Positions 59,665 through 64,000 of a stretch of DNA of 64,000 bases are shown piece by piece. The stretch is from the NCBI GenBank assembly GCA_963786935.1, contig CAWBAN010000004.1:64001-128000 (forward strand), read 5' to 3'. Numbering within the stretch: the stretch's first letter is position 1; every line of letters starts with the position of its first letter. Source of the DNA: an uncultured bacterium. Lineage in GTDB: Bacteria; Krumholzibacteriota; Krumholzibacteriia; Krumholzibacteriales; Krumholzibacteriaceae. The notes below the pieces were generated by a model. That model ran no database searches. It was not told the origin of the DNA and saw nothing but the letters and a program-made list of their open reading frames with translations. The translations under genes were made by a program, and so were the position numbers.

Positions 59665-60450
59665 ATGAAAGCGATCCGCATGTTCACGAAGGCCATCGTG
59701 CGCTCCCCGTGCGCGAGTTTCGCGGCGGGATTGACGACGGCCGGTCTCGGGCCTCCGGATCTCGGGCGCGCCCTCGAGCAGCACGGGCGCTACTGCGAGG
59801 CGCTCGAGCGGTGCGGCCTCGCGCTCACGAAGCTCGAGCCCGACGAGCGCTTTCCCGACTCCACGTTCGTCGAGGATACGGCCGTCCTCGCGCCCCGGTG
59901 CGCCGTGATCACGCGCCCCGGCGCCCCGAGCCGCCGCGGGGAGACGGCCGCCGTCAGGAAGTCGCTTGAGGGCTTCTATGAAACCTTCCGCGAGATAACG
60001 GCCCCCGGAACGGTGGACGGCGGCGACGTCTGCGAGGCGGGGGAGCGCTTCTTCATCGGGCTCTCGGAGCGGACGAACGAAGAGGGGGCGCGCCAGCTCG
60101 CCGGATTCCTGTCGCGGGAGGGGTACGCCGCTTCGATCGTCGACGTGAGGGGCGTCGCGGGCCTCCTCCACCTCAAGAGCGGTCTCGCGTGTCTCGGCGG
60201 CGGCTGGCTCGTCGCCGCGGAGCACTTCGCCGGGTGCGGCGGCTTTATCGATTATCACATGGCGTTCGTCGACCCGGCGGAGCTGTACGCCGCGAACTGC
60301 GTGCGCGTGAACGACCGCGTGTTGATCGCCGCGGGATATCCGGGAATCGAGCGGAGGCTGCGGGAGATCGGATTCGACGTGTTCCCCCTCGAGATGTCGG
60401 AATTCAGGAAGATGGACGGGGGCTTGAGCTGCCTGTCGCTGCGCTTTTGA
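59665..60450 (+). CDS. Dimethylarginine dimethylaminohydrolase (DDAH)
   Basis: FPDSTFVED, DGGDV, HLKSG, GGLSCLS. Confidence 0.9.
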   Translation: MKAIRMFTKAIVRSPCASFAAGLTTAGLGPPDLGRALEQHGRYCEALERCGLALTKLEPDERFPDSTFVEDTAVLAPRCAVITRPGAPSRRGETAAVRKSLEGFYETFREITAPGTVDGGDVCEAGERFFIGLSERTNEEGARQLAGFLSREGYAASIVDVRGVAGLLHLKSGLACLGGGWLVAAEHFAGCGGFIDYHMAFVDPAELYAANCVRVNDRVLIAAGYPGIERRLREIGFDVFPLEMSEFRKMDGGLSCLSLRF

Positions 60451-60549
60451 GTCGCGACCGACGATGTCCGCCCTTGATTTCAGTCGTGAGCTCGATTACA
60501 TTTAAATCAATCACGGCGGTTGCACCACTACATTTCAAAGGAGGCGTTC

Positions 60550-61320
60550 ATGCATCGCATGCGGATTCTGCGCTTGTGGTTCATCCTCTCCTGCACGACG
60601 CTTCTCGCGGGAGCCGCGTTTGCGCAGGAGGCCCCGGCTTCCTCGGCGACACCGGCTGCCGCCGCGGCGGAGGAAACGAAGACTGACGCCCGGCCGAACT
60701 CCCTCTATCCCGGGTCGTGGTCCCTGCAATTCCAGATCACGGAGGATATCGGGCTCAAGCCGTTCAACGGGATGATCTTCTCGGTGAAGAGGCATTTCTC
60801 GGAGCGCTCGGCGCTGAGGCTCGGATTCCGCTTCGATATCGACTGGAATGATGCGGAAGGGTCGGGCACGCGGGAGACCTCGTCAGGACCGAATGACACG
60901 CGCGAGGAAAGCGAGGATAGCGATTATGAGAAAATCACCATCGACCTCTCATACCTCCGCTACGTGCGGCCGGGCTCGTATGTGAACTTCTTCTGGGGAG
61001 CGGGGCCGCTCGTCAGCTTCTCCAGAAGCTCGCAGACCGAAGTTGAGTCTCTTTCATCCGAATCGCGCGAACAAAATAGATATTCGCGTTCATGGAGCGT
61101 CGGCGCTCTCGGGCTCATCGGCGTCGAATGGTTTCTCCAGGAGCATTTCAGCTTTCATGCGGAGTATCGCGCATCGTTCTCGTACAGCGAGGGGTATACA
61201 GAGACCAACTCGAGCACGACGTTTTCGTCGCGCACGTATAACCAACAGGATCTCTACGAAAGCTCTTCGTGGAATTTTGAGAGCGTCAACGTCATCCTCG
61301 GGCTGAGCGTTTATTTCTGA
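60550..61320 (+). CDS. Outer-membrane beta-barrel protein
   Basis: Signal peptide; GVEWF...SFHAEY; terminal LGLSVYF. Confidence 0.8.
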   Translation: MHRMRILRLWFILSCTTLLAGAAFAQEAPASSATPAAAAAEETKTDARPNSLYPGSWSLQFQITEDIGLKPFNGMIFSVKRHFSERSALRLGFRFDIDWNDAEGSGTRETSSGPNDTREESEDSDYEKITIDLSYLRYVRPGSYVNFFWGAGPLVSFSRSSQTEVESLSSESREQNRYSRSWSVGALGLIGVEWFLQEHFSFHAEYRASFSYSEGYTETNSSTTFSSRTYNQQDLYESSSWNFESVNVILGLSVYF

Positions 61321-62044
61321 TCTCGCGCCCTGGGGATTTTCGCGGGGGAGGCGGCGGCTCGATAAGGGCGGACGGGCAGAGCGCCGCGACCGCGCACGCG
61401 CCGCACTTCGGGACGGGCGCCTTGCAGACGGCGCGCCCGTGGCTCTTGAGATAGAAGGGGAGCCGGCGCCATTCCCGCCTGTCGAAGAGCTTCATCAGAT
61501 CGAGCTCGATCTTCCCGGGATCGGCGTTCGCCGTCCACCCGAGGCGTCCCGCAACGCGGATGACGTGCGTGTCGACGACGACGCCCTCGACCTTCTCGAA
61601 CCCGTGCTGGAGGATCGCATTCGCCGATTTGCGGGCGATGCCGGGAAGCGTGAGAAGACCTTCCATCGTGTCGGGCACCGAGCCGCCGAACCGCTCGACG
61701 ATCGCGGCCGAGGCCCCCTTGATCGCCTTCGCTTTGTTCCGGTAGAAGCCGGTCGGGCGCACCTCCCGCTCGATCTCCTCGATGGGCGCCTCGGCGAGTT
61801 CGGCGGGGGCGGGGTATTTCCGGAAGAGCCCGGCCGTCACCTCGTTCACCTTCTCGTCGGTGCACTGGGCGGAGAGGATCGTGGCCACGAGGAGCTGGAA
61901 CGGATTCTCGAATCGCAGGTAGTGCCGGGGATTCGGATAGAGCCGTTTGAATTCGGCGAGGACCGCGAGCGCCTTCCGCTCGTCCGCAGGTCCGCCGCCG
62001 CCGCCGCGGACCTTCTTTATATCGTTTTTTCGCGTATCCATCAC
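61292..62044 (-). CDS. nth: Endonuclease III
   Basis: LSAQCTD, HhH LPGIARKSAN, VDTH, Cx6Cx2Cx5C. Confidence 0.93.
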   Translation of the reverse strand: MMDTRKNDIKKVRGGGGGPADERKALAVLAEFKRLYPNPRHYLRFENPFQLLVATILSAQCTDEKVNEVTAGLFRKYPAPAELAEAPIEEIEREVRPTGFYRNKAKAIKGASAAIVERFGGSVPDTMEGLLTLPGIARKSANAILQHGFEKVEGVVVDTHVIRVAGRLGWTANADPGKIELDLMKLFDRREWRRLPFYLKSHGRAVCKAPVPKCGACAVAALCPSALIEPPPPPRKSPGREIRNKRSARG

Positions 62045-62122
62045 GGGCGAAAAGCGTATACAGTAATATGCGGCCAGTCAACAGAGTTGCAATTTCGGCG
62101 TGCTAACCTTATATTGTGCACT

Positions 62123-62620
62123 ATGAAATTATTGAAGAGCGCGATTCTCCAGGCGATAGCGATCGTCGTCGTCGCGGCCGCGGTGGCGATTGCCTTCAAC
62201 TCCTTTTCCCGCAACGGGATAAATCCATTCAAGATGTCCGTCAAGGTGCCGGTCGCGGCGGATTCGAGCGGGGTCGGGGAGGAAGGAATCCGGATCATCG
62301 GGCTGGATGAGGCGCGGCGCTTCGCCGAAAGCGGCGCGCGCGTCATCGACGCCCGCCGGAAGGAAGAATATGACGCGGGGCATATCCCCGGCGCCATCCT
62401 TTTCGATTATCTGGACATGGGGACATACCGGGACCGGGTGCTCGCCGTCCTTTCGAACGAGTTTGAAATCATGGTCTACTGCTCCGAGCCGGCCTGCGAC
62501 GATTCCGAGCTTCTCGCGAAGGAGCTCTACGCGCTCGGCTTCACGAAGCTCCTCGTGTTCAAGGGCGGATTCGCCGAATGGTCCGCCGCCGGGCTCCCCG
62601 TCGAAAGGGGCGAGCAATGA
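62123..62620 (+). CDS. Membrane-anchored rhodanese-domain protein
   Basis: IDAR...GHIPGA, VYCSEPAC, GGFAEW. Confidence 0.85.
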   Translation: MKLLKSAILQAIAIVVVAAAVAIAFNSFSRNGINPFKMSVKVPVAADSSGVGEEGIRIIGLDEARRFAESGARVIDARRKEEYDAGHIPGAILFDYLDMGTYRDRVLAVLSNEFEIMVYCSEPACDDSELLAKELYALGFTKLLVFKGGFAEWSAAGLPVERGEQ

Positions 62621-63147
62621 TGAAGACTCTATGGGCGCCGGGCGCCGGAGCGGCGGGGAATTCGCGGAGCGGCAGCCGCTGGATCTTCAATCCCTATCTC
62701 CTTCTCGTTTTCCGTCTCGCGCTCGCCGCGGTCTTCATCTACGCGGCGGCGCAGAAGATCGGGAAGCCCCTCGCCTTCGCGCAGGAGATACACAACTACG
62801 GCGTCGTCGATTACGGGGCGCCGCTCTATCTGATGGCGGTCGTGCTCCCGTGGGTAGAGCTCCTCTGCGGGCTCGCCCTCGTGACCGGCGTCGGCGTCCG
62901 GGGCGCCGCGCTCATTCTCCTCGGGCTCAACGCGATGTTCCTCGCCGTCATCGCGAAGAAGACGGCCGGCTACGTGTCCGGCGGCACGCCGTTCATGAAG
63001 GTCTATTTCGACTGCGGGTGCGGATTCGGCGCGACCTACGCCTGGAAGAAGCTCCTCGAGGACGCCCTCTACCTGCTCCTCGCGCTCGCGCTTCTCGCCG
63101 CGCCCCGCCACCGGTTCATCGTGTCCGTGAAAAGGAGGTCAGTATGA
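62617..63147 (+). CDS. MauE/DoxX family membrane protein
   Basis: LPWVEL and DCGCGFG motifs. Confidence 0.85.
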   Translation: MMKTLWAPGAGAAGNSRSGSRWIFNPYLLLVFRLALAAVFIYAAAQKIGKPLAFAQEIHNYGVVDYGAPLYLMAVVLPWVELLCGLALVTGVGVRGAALILLGLNAMFLAVIAKKTAGYVSGGTPFMKVYFDCGCGFGATYAWKKLLEDALYLLLALALLAAPRHRFIVSVKRRSV

Positions 63148-63644
63148 ACAGGAGCGCAATGGCCGTCGGGCTCGCGGTTCTCGTCGCATCGATCGGATCG
63201 TGGGCCGCTCCCGCCGCGGCCGCCGACGTGGGCCCGCGCACGTGGGAGCTCGGCGTCATCCTCGGCGAGCCGACGGGGCTCAGCGCCAAGTACTGGACGT
63301 CGACGAACACGGCGATCGATTTCGGCGCCGCGTGGTCGTTCGGCGAGGACGGCCGCTTTCATCTCCACGCCGACTACCTCTATCACAACTCCGATATATT
63401 CCGGGTGGACCAGGGGAGCCTGCCGCTCTACTTCGGCATCGGCGGCCGCGTCCGCTTCGATGAAGACAACAACGAGCACGACAACGACGGCACCCGCGTG
63501 GGCCTCAGGCTCGTGCTCGGGCTCGAGTACATCGTGGAGCAGTACCCGATGAGCGTCTTCTTTGAAATCGCCCCGATCGTCGACCTGGCCCCCGAGACCG
63601 AGGGGAGCATGAACGGCGGATTGGGAATTCGCTACGTATTCTAA
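63144..63644 (+). CDS. Small outer-membrane beta-barrel (DUF3996-like)
   Basis: LGVILGEPTGLSAKYW; terminal GLGIRYVF. Confidence 0.78.
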   Translation: MNRSAMAVGLAVLVASIGSWAAPAAAADVGPRTWELGVILGEPTGLSAKYWTSTNTAIDFGAAWSFGEDGRFHLHADYLYHNSDIFRVDQGSLPLYFGIGGRVRFDEDNNEHDNDGTRVGLRLVLGLEYIVEQYPMSVFFEIAPIVDLAPETEGSMNGGLGIRYVF

Positions 63645-63661
63645 GAAAGGTGAACGTGGTT

Positions 63662-64000
63662 ATGCCGGGCAAGCAGATCAAATCGGGCAGCAAGCCGCCG
63701 GCTCAGGGCTCCCGCGCGGAGCTGGGCCTGAGCTACGCCTATACGGGCTCCGAACGTCCGCTCATCGGCGAAACGATCGGCGACATGTTCGAGCGCATCG
63801 CGAAGACCTATCCCGACAACGAGGCGCTCGTCTATCTTCCGACGGGCGTGCGGTACACGTACCGCGAGTTCCACGAGATATGCCGCGCCGCCGCGAAGAG
63901 CTTCATCGCGATGGGCGTGCGCAAGGGGGACCGCGTCGCCGTATGGGCGACGAATCATCCCGAATGGCTGATCGCGCAGTTCTCGACGGCGCTCGTCGGG
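63662..64000 (+). CDS. AMP-binding acyl-CoA synthetase (3' truncated by the window)
   Basis: LIGETIGDMF, RYTYREF, GVRKGDRVAVWATNHPEW. Confidence 0.85.
   Translation, partial: MPGKQIKSGSKPPAQGSRAELGLSYAYTGSERPLIGETIGDMFERIAKTYPDNEALVYLPTGVRYTYREFHEICRAAAKSFIAMGVRKGDRVAVWATNHPEWLIAQFSTALVG

Overview
High-GC bacterial chromosomal window from a diderm, probably anaerobic, peptide-fermenting organism. The T9SS/FlgD-type C-terminal domain and the C-terminal W[GS]xIK tails suggest an FCB-superphylum candidate lineage such as Krumholzibacteriota or Latescibacterota (inference only). It holds about 50 CDS: iorAB, pyk, pckA, apgM, glgC, nadE, dapAB, nth, a two-thiolase/two-DUF35 operon, M1/M16/S41 peptidases, a MacAB-like exporter, several beta-barrel proteins and lipoproteins. 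I found no tRNA, rRNA or CRISPR array. Main findings: (1) four unrelated secreted proteins share a 14-15 aa C-terminal motif, [GS][VT]Ex[ST][ST]W[GS]xIKxx[FY](K), a candidate sorting signal. (2) An ORF-less, highly structured transcript of about 375 nt lies between consensus TTGACA/TATAAT boxes and a terminator (10350-10727). (3) An unannotated DUF1858 selenoprotein (CxxU plus a SECIS-like hairpin) sits in an arsR-trxA operon. (4) An Lrp / PLP gamma-lyase / homoserine dehydrogenase / ALDH cluster resembles a catabolic route through homoserine. Several single-base frameshifts and a poly-C tract indicate assembly errors.
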